IMG/VR virus record: IMGVR_UViG_3300020148_000031
Length of the DNA stretch: 64,000 nucleotides
Strand: one strand, 5' to 3'
Source of the DNA: an uncultured virus (IMG/VR IMGVR_UViG_3300020148_000031)
Taxonomy: Duplodnaviria > Heunggongvirae > Uroviricota > Caudoviricetes
This document shows positions 9,385 through 18,383 of the stretch, piece after piece (the first letter of the stretch is position 1; every line of letters begins with the position of its first letter). A model generated the notes under the pieces. It searched no databases. It saw only the letters and a list, made by a program, of their open reading frames with translations, and was not told the origin of the DNA. The translations under genes and the position numbers were made by a program.

Positions 9385-10131
9385 TTACAAGAAATTCAAT
9401 GGTTTGTTGAGACTTTTTATTTTGGTTAGCCAGTTATAACGGCGAATAGACTCGCTTTTATAAATCATGTTCATAAACTTCTCATTACTTTTAACACTCG
9501 TAACTAGATCATCAACAGAATTAAATTTCGTTTCCTTTAAACCTAAGATATTAAATTTTTGAATATAATAATGATCTGGCTCGTCCTTTTTAACGACTAT
9601 TGAAAGGTTAGGGTGTAGTTGAGTACCTCCATTATATTCGCTAGAAATCTCAATCATTATTCCATGTTGGAATTGATCTTTGTGATCTTTGAAGAATTTT
9701 CCGAGATTTTCCTTAAGAGTTTCTTCATTCTTAATAAAACTCATATAAGGAATAAAATCAGCATATAATCCATCAGTAGTCATTCCGTACTTATATAAAT
9801 ACTTATGAATGAATGGAATAGATTTGTCATTTAAATCAGGATTGAAAGCCTCATAACCTCTGATAAACGCTCCGAATTGCTCAGGCTTCATTTCGCTAGG
9901 GTCAGTTTCAATGAGAGAAGTAAAATCTTCGAGCTCTTTTTCGCGCTCTTTTTCGAGATTTGGTCTTTTTTGAAGAACGGCCAATAATTCTTTTTTCATT
10001 TCATTTTCAAAGCTGCGTAACGCTTCATCAAACGTATCGAAATGGTTTTCCAATCCAAGAGGGCAAACTCTTAACCTTGCTCTACACACGGAAACAAGCC
10101 CATTAGAGTTATAATGAAATTTTTGAGACAT
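9385..10131 (-). CDS. Hypothetical protein with N-terminal H-C-C-H module
   Basis: MSQKFHYNSNGLVSVCRARLRVCPLGLENHF leader. Confidence 0.7.
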   Translation of the reverse strand: MSQKFHYNSNGLVSVCRARLRVCPLGLENHFDTFDEALRSFENEMKKELLAVLQKRPNLEKEREKELEDFTSLIETDPSEMKPEQFGAFIRGYEAFNPDLNDKSIPFIHKYLYKYGMTTDGLYADFIPYMSFIKNEETLKENLGKFFKDHKDQFQHGIMIEISSEYNGGTQLHPNLSIVVKKDEPDHYYIQKFNILGLKETKFNSVDDLVTSVKSNEKFMNMIYKSESIRRYNWLTKIKSLNKPLNFL

Positions 10132-10171
10132 AAGAACCCTTCTTTAATGAAATATATAAAGATTTTTCTAA

Positions 10172-11395
10172 CTATTTTATTAAATTTAATATTTTGTTAA
10201 GAACAAGAGTTTTATCTTTCTTCCACTCGTCCTCCCAAATATGGACAAGAGTAATATTTTCTGATTCGCAAAGTTTAGTTTTCATTCTCTCGGGAGTAGT
10301 ATATGTATTGTTTTTAACGTCTTCCATAAAAGCGTTCTTATTATGCCAATAATTACCATTATATTCTATAGCAAATTTTAACTCAGGAATGTAAATGTCA
10401 AGTTCTAAGTATTTTTTATGTTTAGGCTTAAGAACAGTCTTAACAGAGTGATTAATAGTGTATTGAGGATATTTTTCTTTTAAAATTTCTATTATTTCTA
10501 ATTCTGCTCTTGAGTAGTTTTTACCAATAGCGCATTTAGGGCAACCTGAAACATGAGTGACTCTATTTTTAATATTAGCTTTCCACTCATGCCCTTTAAT
10601 ACACTTCCAGAAAGCGTATTTATGACTATTAGGAGTCACTTCGGAGGGCTTGAGAGTATTTTTAGCGTAATCCCACTGTTCTATTAAATGAGGTTTATTA
10701 TTTTTAGCCCATGATTCGAAATCGTTATCCCCAATAACTATTCTCTTACTAGCACATATAGGGCAATCTTGTGGCTTTCGCGGAATGCCTAGTTTATTAT
10801 AAGTGTTTGTTCGAGACTTGGGAGCCATTGTATAACTATGCCCCTTTGGGCATATCCAATAAACTTCTTTAATAGAGCCCCAACCTATTTTTAGAGGGTT
10901 AACAGTATTCTTTTCATAATCCCATTCACTTTTCAGATCCGCCCTTTTAGAGAAAATATCATTGAATCCAGTAAGAACTTTTCTGCCAGAACAATAATAA
11001 CAATCAAAATTTCTTATGACTCTATCATAAACTCTAGAGTCATAAGAATGCCCAATAGGGCAAATCCACCAAACTTTATCGAAAGAGGCCCCAAGACAAT
11101 TTTCTGGTTTGTAATTATTCTTTTTGTAATCCCATTCTTTTGCTATATTTGGATAGAGGGTTACTAAATCATTAAATCCAGTTAGAATCTTTTGCCCAGG
11201 TTTTGTACAGTAAGGGCAATTTATTTCTTTACTAATAGCATATTTTATTTTCTTTTTAAATCTTTCTTTATGATTTTTACAAATGAAATAGGCTTCTTCA
11301 AGAGAATTTGTTTGATAAGTTTTTGGATCTCTATTTAACTCGAAATCCCATTTTTCTTTTATTAAATCCCATCGTTTATTCTCTACAATATTCAT
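10172..11395 (-). CDS. Zinc-ribbon repeat protein with Vsr/DUF559-like endonuclease domain
   Basis: Same architecture as 1661-3076; ELDIYIPELKFAIEYNGNYWH...HIWEDEW. Confidence 0.8.
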   Translation of the reverse strand: MNIVENKRWDLIKEKWDFELNRDPKTYQTNSLEEAYFICKNHKERFKKKIKYAISKEINCPYCTKPGQKILTGFNDLVTLYPNIAKEWDYKKNNYKPENCLGASFDKVWWICPIGHSYDSRVYDRVIRNFDCYYCSGRKVLTGFNDIFSKRADLKSEWDYEKNTVNPLKIGWGSIKEVYWICPKGHSYTMAPKSRTNTYNKLGIPRKPQDCPICASKRIVIGDNDFESWAKNNKPHLIEQWDYAKNTLKPSEVTPNSHKYAFWKCIKGHEWKANIKNRVTHVSGCPKCAIGKNYSRAELEIIEILKEKYPQYTINHSVKTVLKPKHKKYLELDIYIPELKFAIEYNGNYWHNKNAFMEDVKNNTYTTPERMKTKLCESENITLVHIWEDEWKKDKTLVLNKILNLIK

Positions 11396-11413
11396 TAAAC
11401 TCTCTTTATAAGG

Positions 11414-11659
11414 TTAGCTAGTGTGGAAGGTTCTACTCAAAACATCGAGTTTTTGTTCGTGTGTAAGTTTAACGAAATTTACGGCATATCCTGACACACG
11501 TATTGTTAACTGGGGAAACTTCTCCGGGTTTTCCATAGCTTCCTCAAGGGTCTCCCTATCAAGAACATTAATGTTAGTGTGGTAAAGCCCTTTGATACCT
11601 CCGGACTCTTCTCTTTGTGCTTTCATTGATTCAAAGCGTTCCTCGAATGTTTTAGCCAT
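11414..11659 (-). CDS. grcA2: Autonomous glycyl radical cofactor (separately encoded C-terminal domain of PFL)
   Basis: [13 protein letters not shown] glycyl-radical motif; directly follows pflB. Confidence 0.88.
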   Translation of the reverse strand: MAKTFEERFESMKAQREESGGIKGLYHTNINVLDRETLEEAMENPEKFPQLTIRVSGYAVNFVKLTHEQKLDVLSRTFHTS

Positions 11660-11783
11660 AATATTTCTCCTTAGACTATTTTATTAATTTTCTAAAAGAA
11701 CATGAGTATTCTTTTAAAAGCTGTTGATTATTTTACCTCTTCCGCATTTAAAGTAGTTTTTTAGAGTTCATGAGTTTTACTTC

Positions 11784-13871
11784 TTATGATTGTTCCATGA
11801 ATCCTGCATCGAGTATTCCTACAAGATTAGTCACTTGTTCCTCCTTGTCTCTACCAAGACCCGATGGGACAATGGTTGAAGTGAGACTGATTCCGTCAAG
11901 GGCATCATCATAATTTAACTTACCGACTGAGAGCATTGATGGAATCATTCCATGCTTGTCGGCTCCGTTACTTGGGTTTGCTCCTGGAGCGAAAGGTTCA
12001 CCTTTGCGGTGACCGTCTGGGAAGTTACCTGTATTGCGACCATACACCACGTTTGAGGTAATTGTAAGTACGCTCTGAGTAGGGATAGCATCCCTATACA
12101 AAGGTTGTTCTTTAATTTTAGACATGACTGTGTGAACTATTGTTGCTGCAATGTCGTCAACTCTATCATCATCGTTTCCGTAGCGTGGGAAGTCACCTAT
12201 TGTCTTGTAATCAACAATGAGTCCGCTTTCGTCTCTAATTGGGTAGACTTTAGCGTATTTGATTGCTGAAAAACTATCGGCAACGATGGAAAGTCCGGCA
12301 ATTCCACAACCAAGAGTTCGGATGATATCACTGTCATGGAGAGCCATTTCTATTGCTTCATAAGCATATTTGTCGTGGCTATAGTGAATGATATTGAGAG
12401 CCTCAACGTATGTTCCCACTACCCAGTCGAGCATGTCCTCGTATTTTTCCCAAGCTTCATCAAAGTCGATTGGAGTGTTCTCATCAGCGGTGATTGGTTC
12501 ATAGCCAGATACGATTTGTTTTCCAGTTATTTCATCTTTACCGCCATTGAAAGCATAAAGCAATGCTTTAGCAGAATTTACTCGAGCGCCAAAGAATTGC
12601 ATTTGTTTTCCAACTGCCATTGGTGATACACAACATGCGATTGCTGAATCATCACCCCAGTGGCAGAGGATTTGATCATCGGCTTCATATTGGAGAGCGC
12701 TTGTTTCTATACTGATAGCACTACAGAACCTCTTATAACCTTCTGGTAAGTTTGGTGACCAGAATATAGTGATGTTTGGTTCTGGAGCAGGACCGAGGTT
12801 TCGTAATGTTTGAAGTAATCTGAATGAAGTCTTAGTGACTTGCGGACGGCCGTCTTCTGAGAATCCTCCATCACTCCATGTTGCCCAGTATGGGTCTCCA
12901 GAGAAGATTTGGTCATAGTCCTTAGTTCTTAAGAACCTTACAATTCTTAATTTGATAACAAGGGCATCAATGATTTCTTGAGCTTCAGTTTCGGTAAGAG
13001 TTCCTTCAGCAAAATCTCTTTCAGAGTAAATGTCAAGGAATGCACTTAATCGACCTAAACTCATGGCTGCACCGTCTTGCGATTTGATAGAGGCGAGGTA
13101 ACCCATGTATGTCCATTGAACGGCTTCTTTAAAGTTTCTTGCTGGGCGCCCAAGTTCTAGACCGTATTCTTCTCCAAGATTTTTTAATTTTTTGAGAGCC
13201 TTTATTTGCTCTGAATGTTCTTCGCGGTATCGAGCCCAGTGTTCTGAGAATCCTTGGTTTACATTCTTGTCTTTGTCTTTAGTTTTTTCTTGAATAAGTG
13301 TATCAACACCATAGAGAGCAACTCGTCGGTAGTCGCCAATGATTCGACCGCGACCGTAAGCATCTGGAAGTCCAGTAATGATGTGACTTGATCGGGCTGC
13401 TCGGATTCTTGGGGTATATATGTCAAAGACTCCATCGTTGTGAGTCTTACGATATTTTGTAAAGATTTCTTTCACTTTTTCATTGTGTTCTAGTCCTGCT
13501 TCATTAATGGCAGTTTCGACCATTCTCCACCCACCGTTTGGCATCATTGCTCTTTTGAGTGGTACATCTGTTTGTAACCCTACAATTACATCATCTTCGT
13601 CATTGATGTAACCAGCTTTGAAGGCATCAATGTCTGATGGAACATTTACATCAACATCAAAGACTCTTTTCTTTCTTTCGACTGAAAGGTAGTTTTCTTC
13701 CAAGTATTTCCATGTTCGGAGAGTTTTTTCGGTTGGACCCGAGAGGAAACTTTCATCACCGTGGAATGGTGTGTAATGTTTTTGAATAAAATCTCTAAGA
13801 TCAACAGTTGTTGACCAAGAGCCTGGAGTGAAATTTCTGTGTTCTTCCGAACGATAAAGGGATTCAGTCAT
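11784..13871 (-). CDS. pflB: Pyruvate formate-lyase lacking the C-terminal glycyl-radical domain
   Basis: GLPDAYGRGRIIGDYRRVALYG, IACCVS active-site cysteines, TITSNVVYG; ends at GILDAGF. Confidence 0.95.
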   Translation of the reverse strand: MTESLYRSEEHRNFTPGSWSTTVDLRDFIQKHYTPFHGDESFLSGPTEKTLRTWKYLEENYLSVERKKRVFDVDVNVPSDIDAFKAGYINDEDDVIVGLQTDVPLKRAMMPNGGWRMVETAINEAGLEHNEKVKEIFTKYRKTHNDGVFDIYTPRIRAARSSHIITGLPDAYGRGRIIGDYRRVALYGVDTLIQEKTKDKDKNVNQGFSEHWARYREEHSEQIKALKKLKNLGEEYGLELGRPARNFKEAVQWTYMGYLASIKSQDGAAMSLGRLSAFLDIYSERDFAEGTLTETEAQEIIDALVIKLRIVRFLRTKDYDQIFSGDPYWATWSDGGFSEDGRPQVTKTSFRLLQTLRNLGPAPEPNITIFWSPNLPEGYKRFCSAISIETSALQYEADDQILCHWGDDSAIACCVSPMAVGKQMQFFGARVNSAKALLYAFNGGKDEITGKQIVSGYEPITADENTPIDFDEAWEKYEDMLDWVVGTYVEALNIIHYSHDKYAYEAIEMALHDSDIIRTLGCGIAGLSIVADSFSAIKYAKVYPIRDESGLIVDYKTIGDFPRYGNDDDRVDDIAATIVHTVMSKIKEQPLYRDAIPTQSVLTITSNVVYGRNTGNFPDGHRKGEPFAPGANPSNGADKHGMIPSMLSVGKLNYDDALDGISLTSTIVPSGLGRDKEEQVTNLVGILDAGFMEQS

Positions 13872-14025
13872 GGGGACCTCCTGTAGGAGTTAACAATAGA
13901 GGACGAATTTTTGACCATCCTGTATATTATATATTATATCAATACAGTTTTCAGTTTGATATGCGACTTAGGTCGTGGTTTCCGAAAAATTTGTTAGAAA
14001 GGTTTTTATATTTTTGGAGTTATTA

Positions 14026-14283
14026 ATGAAACGTTACCATGTTAATCCTAAAACTGGGAATCCTAATATTTGTCAAGCTAAAATAGGTTTTTGTCCTTTT
14101 GGGGCAGATGAACCACATTACCTTTCAAAAGATGAAGCAAGGAAGGCCACTGAAAATAAATATAATGAGGTTTATGGCTTTTTTGGGTCTCCCGTAGATG
14201 AGATTCTTGAAATGGAGTCAATTGTAGAAATTGCAGACAAAAAGAATAAATCTGTTACAATATTTAGTAAAGATTTAGATTAA
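14026..14283 (+). CDS. Small protein consisting mostly of the H-C-C-H module
   Basis: MKRYHVNPKTGNPNICQAKIGFCPFGADEPHY; GGAG RBS before the ATG at 14026. Confidence 0.7.
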   Translation: MKRYHVNPKTGNPNICQAKIGFCPFGADEPHYLSKDEARKATENKYNEVYGFFGSPVDEILEMESIVEIADKKNKSVTIFSKDLD

Positions 14284-14463
14284 AGCCCTTCAGAATTACC
14301 CAGAATTAAAAGAAGAGAGGGTCCCTCTATTTTTAGTGTTTTTAGAAGGTCTTAGTCTTTATTCTAAACATATAACGATAGAGTCCATACAATTACATTC
14401 ATCATACATAAAACCCGCTCTAACTGCAGTCTAAATACGTTAGGGAGCAATATAAGGGTAATT

Positions 14464-15282
14464 TTAATGAATACGTTGAGTCTGAGTGTTTACTCTTTCA
14501 AGAAGGTCAGAATTAGAGAGATATGGAGTGTCAAATTCAATCCAATCGCTTTCCTCCATTACAAAAGAGTTAGTCTCATTGTTAAATTTGGGGTAAGATT
14601 TCCTCACCCAGTTAAGTTTACGCGAAACTTCATTTGTTACTGGGTTCACTCGCGAATAATGGAAAACTGTGCAATTGTAAATCTTCTCTTGAGGGTCAGA
14701 GTCTTTCATAAGATATTCTTCGTCACTCCAGCGCTCCAGGATAAGCCGCATCGCCCACATGAATTCTCCGTGAGTAACAAGAAGAACATTCTCCTCTTCA
14801 TTCTCACGATGAAGAGTTGAGAGAAGATTTCTTACGCGATTATCAGCAACTGATGCAATAGATTCACCAGCAGGAGGAGTCCAGTAAAGAGGGTCCTTCT
14901 TTTTAAGAATAGCGTTCTGTGGGTATTCCTCAGCAAATTGCTTGAGAGGAATTGAATCAATTTCTCCCCATGAGCGCTCACGAATGACACGGTTTTCTTC
15001 CCATCGAGGGTCAGAAAGATTTAAGCATGCTGCGGTTTCACGAGTGCGCGTAAAAGGCGAAACAAAGTAACGATCAATTCCACTAGAGAATTCTTTAGAG
15101 ATCCACTCTCCAGCGCAACTCGCTTGTTCTCTACCAGTGTCTGTAAGTCTCCAAGACCGATCGGGGACAGTCATGAACTCTTCAGTGTTCAATCTGAAAT
15201 CATCATTCTTGAATGATTCTTGACGAAGATTAGACTCACTTTGTCCGTGGCGAACGAGAATAAGGTTCTTAGGCATTGACAT
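14464..15282 (-). CDS. Histidine phosphatase / phosphoglycerate mutase family protein
   Basis: LVRHGQS, SPFTRTRET, LLVTHG. Confidence 0.9.
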   Translation of the reverse strand: MSMPKNLILVRHGQSESNLRQESFKNDDFRLNTEEFMTVPDRSWRLTDTGREQASCAGEWISKEFSSGIDRYFVSPFTRTRETAACLNLSDPRWEENRVIRERSWGEIDSIPLKQFAEEYPQNAILKKKDPLYWTPPAGESIASVADNRVRNLLSTLHRENEEENVLLVTHGEFMWAMRLILERWSDEEYLMKDSDPQEKIYNCTVFHYSRVNPVTNEVSRKLNWVRKSYPKFNNETNSFVMEESDWIEFDTPYLSNSDLLERVNTQTQRIH

Positions 15283-15526
15283 GAGAGATAACCTCCAGTG
15301 AGAGGGGAGGGCTTGGAATAAGGTATTTGAGATCCTCTTGAGAAATTACATCGTTCTTTTTGTATCTACCCCAAAGAGTGATTTGGATATCCTTAGAGCT
15401 AGAGAATTTAACATAATCGTCTACTTTAAAAGGGTTTTTGACTGAAGTGCGAAGAAATGTTGCACCTCGAAGAGTAACAAGGCTTTTCCCATTCTCATAC
15501 TTGAGCACTTCAGAAACAAAAATCAT
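15269..15526 (-). CDS. Hypothetical protein
   Basis: 85-aa ORF overlapping the start of the phosphatase gene. Confidence 0.5.
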   Translation of the reverse strand: MIFVSEVLKYENGKSLVTLRGATFLRTSVKNPFKVDDYVKFSSSKDIQITLWGRYKKNDVISQEDLKYLIPSPPLSLEVISHVNA

Positions 15527-15594
15527 TTTATTCTCAATTCTTTCAAAGTTTTACCATGTTGCATATAATAACACAAGATTAAGAATTTAACAAA

Positions 15595-16221
15595 TTATTT
15601 TTGAACTAATGTGGGGATATTAATATTTTCTCCTAAAAGAAGCAATTGTTCAGTGTTAACAACTTTACCGATGATAACTTTCCACTTTTTTCTATATTGA
15701 CGCTTACCTGTGAGTGATAGCATTTGTTGACAAAATTGTCTAGCATCATAAGTTCTAAAACCCTTTTGGATTTCAATTTCTTCATATGTGTCAAGATCGC
15801 TATAAGAGAGGTTAGTTTCGGCAATATGCCCTAAAGATTCTGCTATACGGACAGTAAGGTTTTGTATTTTGTTATCTTTTTCTCCACCAACGAGATATAC
15901 CATGTCAATAAGAGAAGTTTCAACTTCATCTTCACTGTTAGCTACATTAAGTAAAAGTTGTATTGACTCTTTAGGTAGATTCTTCAATGTTTTCTTCGCT
16001 TCTTTCACTCGAAGATAATGAAGCTCTTTATCAATTTCAGTTTCAATATACCACAAGTGATTACCCGATGCTTTAATAATTGATCCATTGTCAAGAGTAA
16101 TTTCATATGTTTTCTCTGGAATGTGTGGGTCATAAGCATCAGTTACGGTAACAGGTTTTCCATTTTTCCCTATGATTCTATCACCAGGTTTAATTTCTGA
16201 TAATTTTTTATATTTTGTCAT
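15595..16221 (-). CDS. Free-standing central Hint (intein) fragment, putative IntM of a three-piece split intein
   Basis: KKLSEIKPGDRIIGKNGKPVTV...TYEITLDNGSIIKASGNHLW (post-block-A strands plus block B); lacks block A and blocks F/G; in-frame stop three codons upstream of the ATG. Confidence 0.82.
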   Translation of the reverse strand: MTKYKKLSEIKPGDRIIGKNGKPVTVTDAYDPHIPEKTYEITLDNGSIIKASGNHLWYIETEIDKELHYLRVKEAKKTLKNLPKESIQLLLNVANSEDEVETSLIDMVYLVGGEKDNKIQNLTVRIAESLGHIAETNLSYSDLDTYEEIEIQKGFRTYDARQFCQQMLSLTGKRQYRKKWKVIIGKVVNTEQLLLLGENINIPTLVQK

Positions 16222-17063
16222 ATTTTCTTACCTTCGTCTAGTGACTCTAACATATATTTATATATCTCGTCTTCTGCTTTTAAAGCAGCCTCTTTAGAAA
16301 TTAACCAATCAGATTTTGTAAATTTAAGAGGGTGAATAATTTGAAGTCTTGAATCGTTCACATTAAAAGTCATTCCTATCACTTTTTGCCTAACAGAGAA
16401 ATAACTATCATCTTTCTCCGGATAAAGATTCTTTAATAATTGGGAATTTTCTAGTTCTAAAAAGGTCGCCCATGTTAAATTCTTTAAAACACTTTCATCA
16501 AGATCTTTTGCAAAAGGCATAATAAGGAATAAATACATTCTCTCACGAGAACTATTAGAAAGAAGATCATTGATCATGTCAATATTTTCAGGTTTGTTTA
16601 ATTCATCAGTAATAAGACTTAGGTCTAAGAAGATAAGAGTCACTTTTCGTCCGGGTGGCTCCAAAAAACCGGAGCCCTTATTTGCATTTCTTATGTGTTC
16701 TCGAAATGCTATCAGATCTTTTAGACATTGTGTAAGACCCTCTTGATAATTTTTGTAGGAATAGAAATTCTTATAAGTTTTCGAAAGTATTGAGCAAATG
16801 TCTTCAGAAGATTCATTGAAATCAAAGAATGCTATTTCTGCACTATTACTAAATTTGCTTGTTTGATCAGCAATATTTTTAATGAATGTTATTTTTTCTA
16901 GCTCGCTCTCGCCATAAAAAAGAGCAGCATTAGAATGAGTGATAGGAGACCAATAAAGGAATTTACGGAAAGTTCTGTAAAGTTTAAAATTTACATCTAC
17001 TTTAGACACTCTCAAACCATTCCTTAGGCGAGGGTCTATCAGTAATCTAGGGTAATATTCCAT
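16218..17063 (-). CDS. Possible degenerate FtsK/P-loop-fold protein
   Basis: HSNAALFYGESELEK (decayed Walker A), AFFDF, TLIFLD, RERMYLFL in FtsK-like order; ATGA overlap with the Hint-fragment gene. Confidence 0.4.
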   Translation of the reverse strand: MEYYPRLLIDPRLRNGLRVSKVDVNFKLYRTFRKFLYWSPITHSNAALFYGESELEKITFIKNIADQTSKFSNSAEIAFFDFNESSEDICSILSKTYKNFYSYKNYQEGLTQCLKDLIAFREHIRNANKGSGFLEPPGRKVTLIFLDLSLITDELNKPENIDMINDLLSNSSRERMYLFLIMPFAKDLDESVLKNLTWATFLELENSQLLKNLYPEKDDSYFSVRQKVIGMTFNVNDSRLQIIHPLKFTKSDWLISKEAALKAEDEIYKYMLESLDEGKKI

Positions 17064-17153
17064 ATAATAAAATCATTTCTTTTTTAAAAAATATCAAGAA
17101 GTAAAAAGAACTATTACCTCTTATCATAATATTTTATCAAAAACAAATTTTAT

Positions 17154-18278
17154 TCAATCTCTAAAATCAACACGTCCAGTAGTTGAAGTATCATAAGTAT
17201 TGTTTTTAGAGTAACTCTTTTTCCCTAAAGATTTTGGAATATTCTTGTCCCCAAGGATTCTTCGCCATACTGCTTGAGAACCCTCTGTTTGTATCGTTGA
17301 TTCTGAAAGATATAAGCCTTTTTGTTTTAACATCCGCGCTGTATAAATATAAAGGGAAACACCTAAGCCGTTTCCTTTATGCGAATCATTTAATGAAACA
17401 TAATCGACAGTTGGTGTTGAATGATTTTCTTTGAATTGAGAATATAATTCTGACGCTCTATCCTGAACTTTTTTTAATTCTTTATCGAGTATCTTTTCAT
17501 CTTTTGGAGCCATATCTTCACTTAAATTAATTAGCATTCCCCAGGGAAGAGAAGATCGATCAACACTTTCGGGTAACAAATTAAGACCCTTGTGTGCTTT
17601 AGCCCAAATTAACGATTTTTTAATTAATCTTTCTTTATCAGTGTCATCTTTTAATAATGGCGATCTATATGGAGAATATTTCACTTCATTGAAAGGGTCT
17701 TGTTCCATTCCAAAACTGGACCCCTCCCATTCATTGCAATAACAAAGAGCAGACCACTCGTCCTCACCCCATGATCTTTTAACTGAAGAATCATCAGCCC
17801 ACTCTGTTGTTAAGAAACCCTTAAGTTCTCCAGTATTAAAATCACGATAAACTAAACGTGACATATGACAACCTCTTTCTATTTGGATAGTTAAATCTCT
17901 AGAGCTAAGAGAATCATCTTCCCAAATTACTGCAAGTTTTCCTAGATTTTCATCCTCTATTACATCAATTATTTCGGGAGATTTATATCCGCGAGGCATA
18001 AGAAAATTCTGATAATTTTTAAAATCATCAATTTCTTGAAACCATTGGGGGATAGGTCCGTCGTATTCTAATGATGAATTTAAAGCATGTAATGTATATT
18101 TAGAGCTTTTATATGTACCATTTTTAATGAGATCTTCTTTTTCCATGAATCTCTCATAGTCTTTTCGCGCTGATTCTGGATTATGGTAATGTTCATTTAG
18201 CGGAGCAAATGGGCACTTTTTTGTTGCTTTACAAACGCCAACTTCTCCAGTTTCGCTATTGATATGGTATTTGTTCAC
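17154..18278 (-). CDS. H-C-C-H module plus C-terminal GNAT acetyltransferase-like domain
   Basis: MNKYHINSETGEVGVCKATKKCPF...H leader; VDYVSLNDSHKGNGLGVSLY...QTEGSQAVW. Confidence 0.7.
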   Translation of the reverse strand: MNKYHINSETGEVGVCKATKKCPFAPLNEHYHNPESARKDYERFMEKEDLIKNGTYKSSKYTLHALNSSLEYDGPIPQWFQEIDDFKNYQNFLMPRGYKSPEIIDVIEDENLGKLAVIWEDDSLSSRDLTIQIERGCHMSRLVYRDFNTGELKGFLTTEWADDSSVKRSWGEDEWSALCYCNEWEGSSFGMEQDPFNEVKYSPYRSPLLKDDTDKERLIKKSLIWAKAHKGLNLLPESVDRSSLPWGMLINLSEDMAPKDEKILDKELKKVQDRASELYSQFKENHSTPTVDYVSLNDSHKGNGLGVSLYIYTARMLKQKGLYLSESTIQTEGSQAVWRRILGDKNIPKSLGKKSYSKNNTYDTSTTGRVDFRD

Positions 18279-18383
18279 GAAAGATCGCCCTCTGCTTTTT
18301 ATATCAAAAAATTAATACTTTTTCTATAATAAGCTTGCAATAAAAGACACTTTTATGTTTCTAAATATAAAAGTAATAACTCT

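Noticed and set aside
11414..13871. Split PFL as a novel or intein-mediated split
   Set aside because: No intein motifs at the break; a two-gene PflB/GrcA2 arrangement is already known.
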